The position numbers were made by a program, and so were the translations under genes. Below, one piece after another: positions 54,481 to 63,785 of a stretch of DNA of 64,000 nucleotides (its first letter is position 1; every line of letters begins with the position of its first letter). Under the pieces are notes generated by a model that saw only the letters and a list, made by a program, of their open reading frames with translations, had not been told where the DNA came from and made no database searches. This stretch comes from Candidatus Ornithospirochaeta stercoripullorum (GTDB lineage Bacteria > Spirochaetota > Spirochaetia > Sphaerochaetales > Sphaerochaetaceae), in assembly GCA_017694595.1 (NCBI GenBank), contig JADIMT010000069.1:8713-72712 (forward strand), in the 5' to 3' direction.

Positions 54481-55694
54481 AATAGCATTTCCTCTATGAT
54501 AGCAAGCATTAGGTCCACCCCCTTCTCCATTGATTCCAGTGCTACCCACTCCGTAAGCGAATGCATATTATGAGCACCGGTGAAAAGGTTCGGAGATGCA
54601 ATCCCATTAGCAGCCAGCATTGCGCCATCTGTACCACCCCGGATAATATTCCTCTCAAGTGGCATAGCAAGCCTCTGGGCAGCTTTGAAGACAGCCTCCA
54701 TCGCTTCCGGATGCTTATTGTTGCCTTCAGCCATATTACGATAAGAGATTGCAACAGATGTCTCTATAGTAACCCCATTGAGTATTGACACACTCTCAGC
54801 AAGCGTTTGCAGAGCCTTTATACGATGCTCAAAGCCATCATTGGAGAAGTCTCTGATAATAACAGAGAGCTTTGCTTCTCCCGCAGTTCCTTCCAGCATG
54901 TCAGGACAGTAATAGCCATAACGGCCATCTGTAGCTTCAGGGCTTTCAGAAGCAGGAAGGGCCGCGATGATAGCAGCTGCGGCAGTCAACGCATTGTGCA
55001 TGCGTCCCCGTGCAGCGCCGAAGTGGCATACAGTGCCATGGATTGAGAAATTCACATCAGCACCATTAAAGCATTCCGTCTCAACTTCCCCTTCTCTGCC
55101 ACCATCGAATGTATAGCATACGCTGCTTTTCATCCGCTTATACGGGAAAGACAACATGCCGCTTCCAGTCTCTTCATCGGGAGTAAAAAACACTTCTATA
55201 TCGGGATGTCTGATCTCAGGATGGGAGACAAGGTAGCTAAGAGATTCCATGATGATAGCAACACCGGCTTTATCATCAGCTCCAAGGAGAGTTTTTCCAT
55301 CGCTTGTAATGATTGTGCCACCGATATACGACTCTAAATCCGGATTGTCTTTTCGCTCAATGGAAACACCATCGAGAACGATATCAGAACCATCATACTC
55401 CCTCCAGACTCTCGCTTTTACGTTATTGCCTGGGACATCATCAGCTGTATCGACATGTGCCATGAAAGCCACGCACTTGCCTTCAGCATTGCCATCAAGC
55501 CGTCCCATGAGAACCTTCTCTTCGCCATAATAAACAGAAAGCCCCATGGCTTCCAGTTCGGCTTTGAGATGGAGGAGCAACTTTTCCTGCCCCTCCGATG
55601 TAGGTCGTTCCTTTCCAACAAGCGCTGGGATGCTCATTGTGTCACAAGCTGTATAATCCAGAAATCTATTCAATAAACCTGTAAACTTTTCCAT
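54477..55694 (-). CDS. pepT: Peptidase T (tripeptide aminopeptidase, M20B)
   Basis: FLDYTACDT...AHVDTADD...GADDKAGVA...FTPDEETG. I place the start at the ATG at 55694 (MEKFTGLLNRF). Confidence 0.9.
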   Translation of the reverse strand: MEKFTGLLNRFLDYTACDTMSIPALVGKERPTSEGQEKLLLHLKAELEAMGLSVYYGEEKVLMGRLDGNAEGKCVAFMAHVDTADDVPGNNVKARVWREYDGSDIVLDGVSIERKDNPDLESYIGGTIITSDGKTLLGADDKAGVAIIMESLSYLVSHPEIRHPDIEVFFTPDEETGSGMLSFPYKRMKSSVCYTFDGGREGEVETECFNGADVNFSIHGTVCHFGAARGRMHNALTAAAAIIAALPASESPEATDGRYGYYCPDMLEGTAGEAKLSVIIRDFSNDGFEHRIKALQTLAESVSILNGVTIETSVAISYRNMAEGNNKHPEAMEAVFKAAQRLAMPLERNIIRGGTDGAMLAANGIASPNLFTGAHNMHSLTEWVALESMEKGVDLMLAIIEEMLL

Positions 55695-55737
55695 GCAATG
55701 ATTATCCCACATTTGCCAATGTTGGTGAACATCAGCA

Positions 55738-56580
55738 TCAAGCACTGAAATTGTATTTCTCAAGCATGGCTTTTGCATCTTCTGTGACACCGAAGATCGT
55801 AAAGATAGCAAGTATGATTGATGTTACTATCGGGCCTCTCTGCATGGACTGGCTGATAGCTATAACGGAAGAGGCCAGACCCCAGTACACTGCGGGTTCT
55901 TTCGCCACGTCATCAAGCCACTCTATGAACGTTTCATCCAAATCCATATCATTCCTATAGTGTTCGACGATTGCCATAATCGTAGCAGCCAGAACACCCG
56001 ATGCGATAGCAATAGCTGAAGCTGCAGTGACTTTGCCCCAGAGCACTGTGTCAGGCACAAGTGCATAGACAACGGCGGATGTCAGAAGCACTGAGCTTTT
56101 TATAACAAGCACAGTAAGATCATTGTAGAAATCCTCCTGCTGTTCTGGTGTGAGTATCCTGGTCTGCTCCTCGACAGCTTTGAATAATCTCTTCTCGGCT
56201 TCATCCACCTGGGCTTCTATCGCTTCAAGTTCCTCTTCAGGGACAAGTCCCTCTGCTGCCGCCAAGACATCATCAACGCTTTCAAACTGCGATGTCTCCA
56301 GCGTGAATTCAAGGTAATCACGGCCTTGTTCTTCCTCGATAGTCCTGGTAGCCACTTCATAGCCATCCACATCATCAAGGATACCGCGTACCTCCAGATC
56401 TTCCTCAACGAACCCCCTGATATCATCAAGATAGAGATCGATGGCCCTGCCAGATGCGGAGACAAGGGCCGTTGACGAGATTGTACCGGGACCAGATTGC
56501 GGCAAGGAACAGGATGAGATGAGAATTGCAGCAATCAGGAACATGGCGATCAATCTGTCAGATGTTGAAGTCGTATACAT
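55738..56580 (-). CDS. Predicted lipoprotein/membrane protein of unknown function
   Basis: The lipobox is ILISSC. An acidic helical middle is followed by three to four C-terminal TM helices. Confidence 0.5.
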   Translation of the reverse strand: MYTTSTSDRLIAMFLIAAILISSCSLPQSGPGTISSTALVSASGRAIDLYLDDIRGFVEEDLEVRGILDDVDGYEVATRTIEEEQGRDYLEFTLETSQFESVDDVLAAAEGLVPEEELEAIEAQVDEAEKRLFKAVEEQTRILTPEQQEDFYNDLTVLVIKSSVLLTSAVVYALVPDTVLWGKVTAASAIAIASGVLAATIMAIVEHYRNDMDLDETFIEWLDDVAKEPAVYWGLASSVIAISQSMQRGPIVTSIILAIFTIFGVTEDAKAMLEKYNFSA

Positions 56581-56594
56581 ATTTTCCTCCTATC

Positions 56595-57101
56595 TCAAGG
56601 GAGTTCTACTCCCACAATGAGCGAAATCCTAACCTTCGAATATTGAGGAATAGCTTCTCGCAAATCGCCGATACGACCTTCCTCTGTACCGAAAACATCC
56701 ATTACACAAAGCCGTGGCTCAATGAAGAACCACGGAAAAGAAAAAGTCCATCCCGAAAAGACTTCCGAGAACAGCATGAAACGCTCATCCGGTGCTTCCA
56801 GCCCCCAGAAATATCCAGCTCTGAGCATCGAGGCTCCGATATACAGCCCCAGATCATCAAGAGGATAGACAGAGACAGCTAATCCAGTCTCAAAGAAGGA
56901 GAGCTCATAGGAATATGACGATGAGTAGCGCAGAGGAAGTGTCACTCTTACGCCATCCCAGCGATAAGAGACTTCCGCATCTATTCTCATAGCTCCCATG
57001 AACGCAGAATCCACATCACGCAAATCAAAGCCAAACTGCCATGATGCGTTGAGACTGGAGAGAGGAATTACAATGAAAATACATATAAAAAGCTGTCTCA
57101 T
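56595..57101 (-). CDS. Small secreted protein, possible 8-strand outer-membrane barrel
   Basis: A signal peptide (MRQLFICIFIVIPLSSLNA) is followed by alternating aromatic/Gly segments. Confidence 0.4.
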   Translation of the reverse strand: MRQLFICIFIVIPLSSLNASWQFGFDLRDVDSAFMGAMRIDAEVSYRWDGVRVTLPLRYSSSYSYELSFFETGLAVSVYPLDDLGLYIGASMLRAGYFWGLEAPDERFMLFSEVFSGWTFSFPWFFIEPRLCVMDVFGTEEGRIGDLREAIPQYSKVRISLIVGVELP

Positions 57102-57150
57102 GCTTAAATGCTAGACAGCTTGAACAAACTTTTGGGAGAGGCAAAAACGG

Positions 57151-57642
57151 TCAGTTTTGCTCTTCAGGCCAGCCAAGAGCTGCTCTGAATGCTTTCTCAT
57201 TCTTCTGGATTGAAGATGATGTAAAGCGTACTTCTTTATCTTCCCCTGCAACAGAGAGCGAGATGCCTGGATGGTGGTCATCGACCTTCTTCATCGTGTA
57301 TCCCTCCAAAGCCGAAACGAAACATGACCATATAGGCTTCACGCCGCCTTTCTCCGATGATCTAGCGTAAAAGACAATCTCGTTCTTCGTCACCGCCAGC
57401 GCTCCACCTTGCAGCTCTGTACCATCCTTCACAATCATCGAACATCTCTGATAGAAGAAATCCTCATCTCCTCTGGCTTTTGCAATCATTTTCTTTGTAA
57501 CTACCGATGTAATCACATAATAAACCGCAACTAAAGCCAAAAGCGGGAAGATCAGAGGCCATATAACCATATACTTGAATGCAGCGAAGTAAACGAAGAC
57601 TCCGAATACACATAAAAGCAGCAGAAGAACAAGACGTTTCAT
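57151..57642 (-). CDS. Membrane protein with two TM helices and a PH/GRAM-like soluble domain
   Basis: Two N-terminal hydrophobic helices are followed by ~100 aa resembling bacterial PH (YokE-like) domains (GALAVTKNEIVFY). Confidence 0.45.
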   Translation of the reverse strand: MKRLVLLLLLCVFGVFVYFAAFKYMVIWPLIFPLLALVAVYYVITSVVTKKMIAKARGDEDFFYQRCSMIVKDGTELQGGALAVTKNEIVFYARSSEKGGVKPIWSCFVSALEGYTMKKVDDHHPGISLSVAGEDKEVRFTSSSIQKNEKAFRAALGWPEEQN

Positions 57643-57740
57643 AGCCAGAGTCTACCCCATCGCTCAATTTGTAGAAAGTATCTCTGGAAAAGTTGTCAAA
57701 ACTGGAGGGTTTTTGCGTATGAGTGGTTAAGGAGAAAAAC

Positions 57741-59795
57741 ATGAAGGCAAAACTCATCGTCGCTGCGATGCTTATCGCGGCCGTCACGCTTCTCCCTTCC
57801 TGCGAGGAAAGCCAGAGCCACGCAACTCTACGCGTCAACCTCAGGAAGGATCGTTCAATAGTTCCAGCTGATTATCCACTGGAAATCGAAACATACCGCA
57901 TCATAGGAGATGGACCGGGAGCAGAATCATTCGATGTAGAGACAAGCAAGGAGACAATCTCCCTTGAGGGACTTGTCATTGGAGAATGGAACATAACAGC
58001 AGAAGGGCTGAACAGCAATGATGACGTATTAGTTACAGGCTCAGCTGTACATCGCCTCAGCTCAACAAATGGCAGCTGCACGATTATTCTCGAGGACCTT
58101 GTCGGAACAGGTTCGCTTGAAGTCGAATTCATCTGGGATCCTGAAAGAATTTCCGGAGAGCCATCCATAGAGCTAGAGCTAACTCCACAATATGGGACAA
58201 AGGAGACGAGAGAGCTAGAACTCACATCGATGGATAAGGAAGAAGGGAAAGCGACTTATACTGGCACAGATTACCCCGCAGGCAGCTATGTACTTGCCTC
58301 CAGACTCTACGATGGAAGCGTCCAAGTCTCTGGATTCGTGGAAGCTGTACGGATAGCCGGCGATCAGGTTTCAAAAGGCACAGTGGAGTTCGATCTCGAT
58401 AAATACCCTACTGAGCCAGGGACGCTTGAGGTAGTGAACAATACTGGAGTTCCTGTCTCATGCGTCATCGAAGGACTTGAGGATACAGTCGATGCCGATA
58501 TCCCCATAACTGTGAGCATCTCCAGTGAAACCGACGATATCTCCAGTTATTCCATCATGTGGTACCTCGATGGCAACCAGATTGGAGAAGGAACAGAAGT
58601 TGAGATTACACCAACAGTCGGCACACATAGGCTTGATGTTGTCGCTTCCACTTCCAGACTCGGAACATCTGGTTCAGCTTCAATCAACTTCGAAGCGCTA
58701 TCCATCACGGATCCGGGAGTACCATCAAGAGGCAGCATCGTCTCAGACTGTGCCGAAATGGAACTATCAGGGACATCAATCGTTCGCTTCCTGCCGGATG
58801 GAAAAGTTATGATAGCTTCAAATGCAGAGGAGAAAATCCATATAGCTTCCCCTATCAGAGGTTCTCTCGATCCTATACGCACATACACATATGAGGAACT
58901 CGATATAACTGGCGAACTCGTAGACTTCGATGGTATAGCAGTCTCAGATGCCCTCTCGAAAATCATATTGCTGGAAAGAAATCAATTCAGAGTCGCAGTC
59001 TACAATTACAATACATCCACATCCACGCTGTCATTCTTCTCAGAAGGAGTTCCGAAATACATGCCTGGCGGGGAAGATATATCAGATGTAGGTTGTGTCG
59101 GATATGCTGAAGCGCTATATAAAGACGGACAAGGCGTTGGCGCTATCACAGTATATGCGCCATTCATCGATAGATGGCAGATTGTCTACATCAATTTGTT
59201 CGAGCAGTCTTCGGATTCTGAATACATGTGGATGGGCAATGTCCTTGGAGCTTGCAGAGACTCTCATTCTCCTGCGGGAAGAATACAATCAACAGATGCC
59301 TCGATGGTTGCAGTGCTCGATGATGGCTGCATCACATTTGGGATGGAAGGAAACAGGGAAGATTCATTCAATCTTCAGACATCTGCCGCACCTCCTGACA
59401 AATTCCCTGAATATGCTGACAGATTCAATAGCATCAAGACATTCGGTATGAGTGACGAATTCACCGTCATGATTGCTGGAGAATGGCTTAGCTTCCTAAC
59501 TTACGACAAAGTGAACACAAAATGGATCTATGACGGCTCAATAGAGCTCGGGCATGAACCAAGCAGCATGGTAGTGACAAAGGACTTCAAATATGCCTAT
59601 TACATCGATTTGAATGCAGATGATATCGTAACTCTGGAAATCATAAGCAATGGTAAATCTGCGAAGGAAATCGGAAGGACCGCACTGTCAAGGAACGGAG
59701 TCGACACACTCTGCCTCTCTCGCAGCGGCAACAGCCTGATAGCATACGACGCGGATAATGCCTCCGAGTTGGAAGTATTCAGAATAACAAGATGA
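57741..59795 (+). CDS. Large predicted surface lipoprotein of unknown function
   Basis: AAGGAG lies 6 nt upstream of the ATG at 57741. The lipobox is TLLPSC. The N-terminal ~300 aa are Ig-like beta-sandwich-type sequence. The C-terminal ~350 aa are beta-propeller-like. Confidence 0.6.
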   Translation: MKAKLIVAAMLIAAVTLLPSCEESQSHATLRVNLRKDRSIVPADYPLEIETYRIIGDGPGAESFDVETSKETISLEGLVIGEWNITAEGLNSNDDVLVTGSAVHRLSSTNGSCTIILEDLVGTGSLEVEFIWDPERISGEPSIELELTPQYGTKETRELELTSMDKEEGKATYTGTDYPAGSYVLASRLYDGSVQVSGFVEAVRIAGDQVSKGTVEFDLDKYPTEPGTLEVVNNTGVPVSCVIEGLEDTVDADIPITVSISSETDDISSYSIMWYLDGNQIGEGTEVEITPTVGTHRLDVVASTSRLGTSGSASINFEALSITDPGVPSRGSIVSDCAEMELSGTSIVRFLPDGKVMIASNAEEKIHIASPIRGSLDPIRTYTYEELDITGELVDFDGIAVSDALSKIILLERNQFRVAVYNYNTSTSTLSFFSEGVPKYMPGGEDISDVGCVGYAEALYKDGQGVGAITVYAPFIDRWQIVYINLFEQSSDSEYMWMGNVLGACRDSHSPAGRIQSTDASMVAVLDDGCITFGMEGNREDSFNLQTSAAPPDKFPEYADRFNSIKTFGMSDEFTVMIAGEWLSFLTYDKVNTKWIYDGSIELGHEPSSMVVTKDFKYAYYIDLNADDIVTLEIISNGKSAKEIGRTALSRNGVDTLCLSRSGNSLIAYDADNASELEVFRITR

Positions 59796-59804
59796 AAGCT
59801 GAGC

Positions 59805-59837
59805 TGAAGAAAAGAGAAACCGAGGGGCCAATCGCCT
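59805..59837. terminator. Bidirectional intrinsic terminator between the lipoprotein gene and hydA
   Basis: AGAAACCGAGGGGC-CAATC-GCCTCTCGGTTTCT forms a 14 bp stem with one G-T pair. It has T-rich flanks on both strands. Confidence 0.6.
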
Positions 59838-59857
59838 CTCGGTTTCTTCCTTTACCA

Positions 59858-61603
59858 TCACTGCTTATAAAGAGGAACCTCTTTGTATTCAGTATGCAGC
59901 AAGTGATGGGACTTCTCTGAAAGCGGAGTGCCAAGATAATCCTTGTACAGTTTCTGGATTGAAGGATTCTGATGAGAACATCTCTTGGCGCTCTTAACAT
60001 CATCCTCATAGAGGCCTTCCGATCTCTCCTCTCTCACTTCATCATCTGTACCATATGGCTGACCACCGCCTGCGATGCAGCCACCGCGGCATGCCATGAT
60101 TTCAATGAAATCAAGATCAGGTTCCTTTCCGCTTCTCTTGTCCTCGAGGATCTTATCGAGAAGAGGTTTAGCGTTTGCCATGCCATGGACAACAGCTACA
60201 CGTACCTTTCTACCATCGACATCAACCTCTCCGCGCTTGACTTCATCAAGACCACGGACAAGCTTGATTTCAAGATCTGCAAGCTCTTTGCCTGTTATGC
60301 CATAGTACGCTGTCCTGATAGCAGCTTCCATTACACCGCCAGTTGCTCCAAAGATCGTGCCAGCACCTGAATACTCAGCAATCGGGCTATCTGCTTCGCT
60401 CTCTGGCAGATTCTTGAAATCAAGGCCACGTGAAGCGATAAGACGTGCCAGCTCCCTTGTTGTGAGAACAAGATCGACATCCCACTCTCCGCTGGAAGCA
60501 GCATGTTCGCCATCCCTTCTGATTTCAGTCTTCTTTGCAGTACATGGCATGATAGCAACTGAGTAGATATTCTTCTTATCGATACCTGCCTTCTCTGCCC
60601 AATATGTCTTTGTGATAGCGCCCTGCATCATCATCGGGCTCTTTGCAGAAGAGAGATTCTCCAAGAGTTCTGGATAATACTCCTCGACATAGTTGATCCA
60701 GCCTGGGCAGCATGAAGTGAGCTGTGGCATCACTCCATTGTTCTTGATTCTATCGATAAGCTCATAGCCCTCTTCCATGATAGTGAGATCAGCACCGAAG
60801 TTTGTATCGAAGACATAGTCAACGCCAAGACGACGAAGCGCTGTGTAGATCTTCTTAGTTGTGATAGCACCAGGCTTGAGCCCGAACTCCTCTCCGATTG
60901 CGACACGCACGGATGGAGCAATCTGAACAGCAACGACTTTATCAGGATCAGCAATAGCCTTCATCAAGCCATCTGTATGATCCTGTTCATAGATAGCACC
61001 AACTGGACAGTGAGTGACGCACTGACCACACTTGATACAAGGGCTATCATTGAGAGGAAGCTTTGCAGCTGGACTCATTGTCGTATGATCGCCTCTGCCG
61101 ATGAATTCAAGAGCATAGACACCCTGAAGTCCCTGGCAAACCTGAACGCAGCGGCCACACTTGATACACTTCTCCGGATCGAGAACGATAGCATCGGTGG
61201 AGCGATCCTTCTTATCCTCTGCGAGACGTACTTCGAATGGCTGCTCTCTGATACCATATTCAATAGCAAGCTTCTGCAGCTCACACTTGTTGTTCCGTGT
61301 GCACATCAGACATGATGAAGGATGTGTGGACATCGTCAGCTCAAGAATAGTGCGACGGACATTATACAAATCCTGATCATGAGTGATGATCTTCATTCCC
61401 TCAGCAGCTGGTGTGGAACATGCTCTGATAATCTTGGCAGAACCGACCTGCTTGCAGACACAGAGTCCACATGAACCGAATGGCATGAGATCCGGATGAT
61501 AGCACAAGGTCGGAATTCTTATTCCTGCCTTCCTGGCCGCCTCAAGGACTGTTGTCCCCTCAGCCACCTCAACATCGATTCCCTGTATAGTAAGATGAAT
61601 CAT
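59858..61603 (-). CDS. hydA: [FeFe] hydrogenase catalytic subunit (M3-type, HydA of the HydABC class)
   Basis: An N-terminal 2Fe-2S ferredoxin fold is followed by two CxxCxxCxxxCP motifs. The H-cluster motifs are TSCCPGW, MPCTAKK and MACRGGCIAGGGQP. Confidence 0.95.
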   Translation of the reverse strand: MIHLTIQGIDVEVAEGTTVLEAARKAGIRIPTLCYHPDLMPFGSCGLCVCKQVGSAKIIRACSTPAAEGMKIITHDQDLYNVRRTILELTMSTHPSSCLMCTRNNKCELQKLAIEYGIREQPFEVRLAEDKKDRSTDAIVLDPEKCIKCGRCVQVCQGLQGVYALEFIGRGDHTTMSPAAKLPLNDSPCIKCGQCVTHCPVGAIYEQDHTDGLMKAIADPDKVVAVQIAPSVRVAIGEEFGLKPGAITTKKIYTALRRLGVDYVFDTNFGADLTIMEEGYELIDRIKNNGVMPQLTSCCPGWINYVEEYYPELLENLSSAKSPMMMQGAITKTYWAEKAGIDKKNIYSVAIMPCTAKKTEIRRDGEHAASSGEWDVDLVLTTRELARLIASRGLDFKNLPESEADSPIAEYSGAGTIFGATGGVMEAAIRTAYYGITGKELADLEIKLVRGLDEVKRGEVDVDGRKVRVAVVHGMANAKPLLDKILEDKRSGKEPDLDFIEIMACRGGCIAGGGQPYGTDDEVREERSEGLYEDDVKSAKRCSHQNPSIQKLYKDYLGTPLSEKSHHLLHTEYKEVPLYKQ

Positions 61604-61615
61604 CGATAACCTCCA

Positions 61616-63403
61616 TTAATGAATCTCGATGGCCGAGAACTTACATGTCTCCTTGCAGACACCGCACTTGATACATACACTGCCATTGATCTTATGAGGC
61701 TTCTTGACCTCTCCGGAAATAGCGCCAACAGGACACTTTCTGGCACATGCTGTACATCCAATACACTTCGACGGGTTGATCTCATAGCTGATAAGCTTCT
61801 TGCACTTTCCAGATGGACATTTCTTATCAACGATATGAGCTTTGTACTCCTCAGGGAAGTAGTGCAATGTCGAGAGGACAGGGTTAGGCGCAGTCTGGCC
61901 AAGCGCACAGAGGGAACCAATCTTCATAGCATGTGCAATCTGCTCAATCTGCTTGATATCATTCTCCTCTCCCTTACCCTGAGTAATCTTCTCGAGAATG
62001 TTGTAGAGGCTCTTTCCGCCGATACGGCAAGGAGCGCACTTTCCACATGATTCATCGACAGTGAAGTTGAGATAGAACTTTGCGACGTCAACGATACAAT
62101 CATCTTCGTCCATGACGATCATACCGCCGGAACCCATCATCGAGCCAATTCTCTGGAGTCCTCCGAAGTCTATAGGTGTATCGAGGTTCTCTTCAGTGAT
62201 AACACCACCGGAAGGTCCACCTGTCTGTACAGCTTTGAACTTCTTGCCATGTGCGATACCACCACCGATATCATAGACGATTTCACGGAGCGTTGTTCCC
62301 ATCGGGACTTCAACAAGACCGGAGTTGCAGATCTTGCCAGTCAACGCGAATACTTTGGTTCCATGGCTGTCTGGAGTACCGATTGAAGCGAACCACTCAC
62401 CACCGTTGTTGATGATCTGCGCGACATTAGCCCAGGTCTCAACATTGTTGATGACAGTCGGCTTACCCCACAGTCCCTTTGATGCTGGGAATGGTGGTCT
62501 CGGCTTAGGCATGCCTCTATGTCCTTCAATGGATTGCAAGAGAGCAGTCTCTTCACCACAGACGAATGCACCAGCGCCCAAACGGATTTCAATATCATAA
62601 TCGAAGCCCGAACCGAGGATGTCCTTTCCTAAAAGTCCATACTCCCTAGCCTGCTTCATAGCCACTTCGAGACGATGGATAGCAAGAGGATACTCTGCGC
62701 GGATGTAGATGAATCCCTGATGTGCACCGACTGTATGGCCGCAGATTGTCATAGCTTCAAGCACTGAATGCGGATCACCTTCCAGCGTGGAACGGTCCAT
62801 GTATGCACCCGGGTCTCCTTCATCAGCGTTGCAGACTACATATTTCACAGGATCATTCTCCTGCTTTGTGAAGTTCCACTTCATCCATGTCGGGAAGCCT
62901 GCACCGCCACGTCCTCTCAGTCCAGCTGTCTTAAGCTCATTGATGACATCATCCGGGGTCATATCGAAAAGGACCTTCTCAAGCGCTTTATAACCACCAG
63001 CAGCGATATATTCATCAATATTCTCTGGATCGATGGAACCACAGTTTCTGAGAACGATTCTCATCTGCTTCTGATAGAACTGGATATCCTCGACTTCTTC
63101 ATATGCCTTATGAGGAGCTTTGTTATAAAGAAGCCTTGTTACTTCGCGGCCTTTGATTACATGCTCTGCGATAAGCTCCTTCGCATCCTCAGGTTTGACC
63201 TGCACATAGAATGAATCCTCAGGCAGAATCTTTACGATAGGCCCCTGCTCACAGAATCCAAAACAGCCTGTTTTGATAACCTGCACCTGATCTGCAACGC
63301 CCTGTGCTGTAGCCTCATCGATGAGCGCATGGTAAATCTGGTCGGAGCGAGATGACTCACATCCAGTACCTCCACAGACAAGTATATAGTTTTTGAATCC
63401 CAT
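61616..63403 (-). CDS. hydB: NuoF-like NAD(P)H-binding flavoprotein subunit of the hydrogenase
   Basis: An N-terminal Trx-like 2Fe-2S domain has four Cys (VCGGTGC...TGCFGFC). The FMN/NADH site is GLRGRGGAGFPT. It also has ESCGKCAPCR and two C-terminal 4Fe-4S ferredoxin motifs. Confidence 0.9.
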   Translation of the reverse strand: MGFKNYILVCGGTGCESSRSDQIYHALIDEATAQGVADQVQVIKTGCFGFCEQGPIVKILPEDSFYVQVKPEDAKELIAEHVIKGREVTRLLYNKAPHKAYEEVEDIQFYQKQMRIVLRNCGSIDPENIDEYIAAGGYKALEKVLFDMTPDDVINELKTAGLRGRGGAGFPTWMKWNFTKQENDPVKYVVCNADEGDPGAYMDRSTLEGDPHSVLEAMTICGHTVGAHQGFIYIRAEYPLAIHRLEVAMKQAREYGLLGKDILGSGFDYDIEIRLGAGAFVCGEETALLQSIEGHRGMPKPRPPFPASKGLWGKPTVINNVETWANVAQIINNGGEWFASIGTPDSHGTKVFALTGKICNSGLVEVPMGTTLREIVYDIGGGIAHGKKFKAVQTGGPSGGVITEENLDTPIDFGGLQRIGSMMGSGGMIVMDEDDCIVDVAKFYLNFTVDESCGKCAPCRIGGKSLYNILEKITQGKGEENDIKQIEQIAHAMKIGSLCALGQTAPNPVLSTLHYFPEEYKAHIVDKKCPSGKCKKLISYEINPSKCIGCTACARKCPVGAISGEVKKPHKINGSVCIKCGVCKETCKFSAIEIH

Positions 63404-63404
63404 C

Positions 63405-63785
63405 TTACTGCTCCTTTTCCTTCAGCTCGATTCTCAGGTCGTCGACAATCTTGCCACCTTTGAGATGCTCTTCGACGATGCGGTGTGCCGCGTCCTTGTC
63501 TACAGAGCCATAGACTACAAGTCCGGATTCCGGTGAATAAACTTCAACTACCGGCTCCGGATTGGGAGCAGCGCTCCCTGTCTGTGTGATGATTACATTA
63601 TCAATACCCAGCTTCTCTACATCATCTGCGATAGTATTCAGCGTGAGCTTGGCACCGGCATCGATGCCAGAAGTGCCCATAGCGACAACAACATGGACAG
63701 AACGTCCGTGAATATCGCGTTTCTTTAGATTCTTCTCCTCACGCTCGCGTATTGCATGAAGATCAGAAAGCGAAAGCTTAGCCAT
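63405..63785 (-). CDS. Thioredoxin-like ferredoxin-fold protein lacking all cluster cysteines (HydD-like position)
   Basis: The ATG at 63785 is preceded by AAAGGAG. The 126-aa protein aligns with the HydB N-terminal domain (VVVAMGTSG.. versus ILVCGGTGC..; TQTGSAAPNPEP versus KTGCFGFCEQGP) but contains no Cys at all. Confidence 0.6.
   Translation of the reverse strand: MAKLSLSDLHAIREREEKNLKKRDIHGRSVHVVVAMGTSGIDAGAKLTLNTIADDVEKLGIDNVIITQTGSAAPNPEPVVEVYSPESGLVVYGSVDKDAAHRIVEEHLKGGKIVDDLRIELKEKEQ

Noticed and set aside
55695-55811. 39-codon N-terminal extension of pepT
   Set aside because: The extension is not PepT-like. PepT homologues begin near MEK..LL.RFL.Y, which corresponds to the ATG at 55694.
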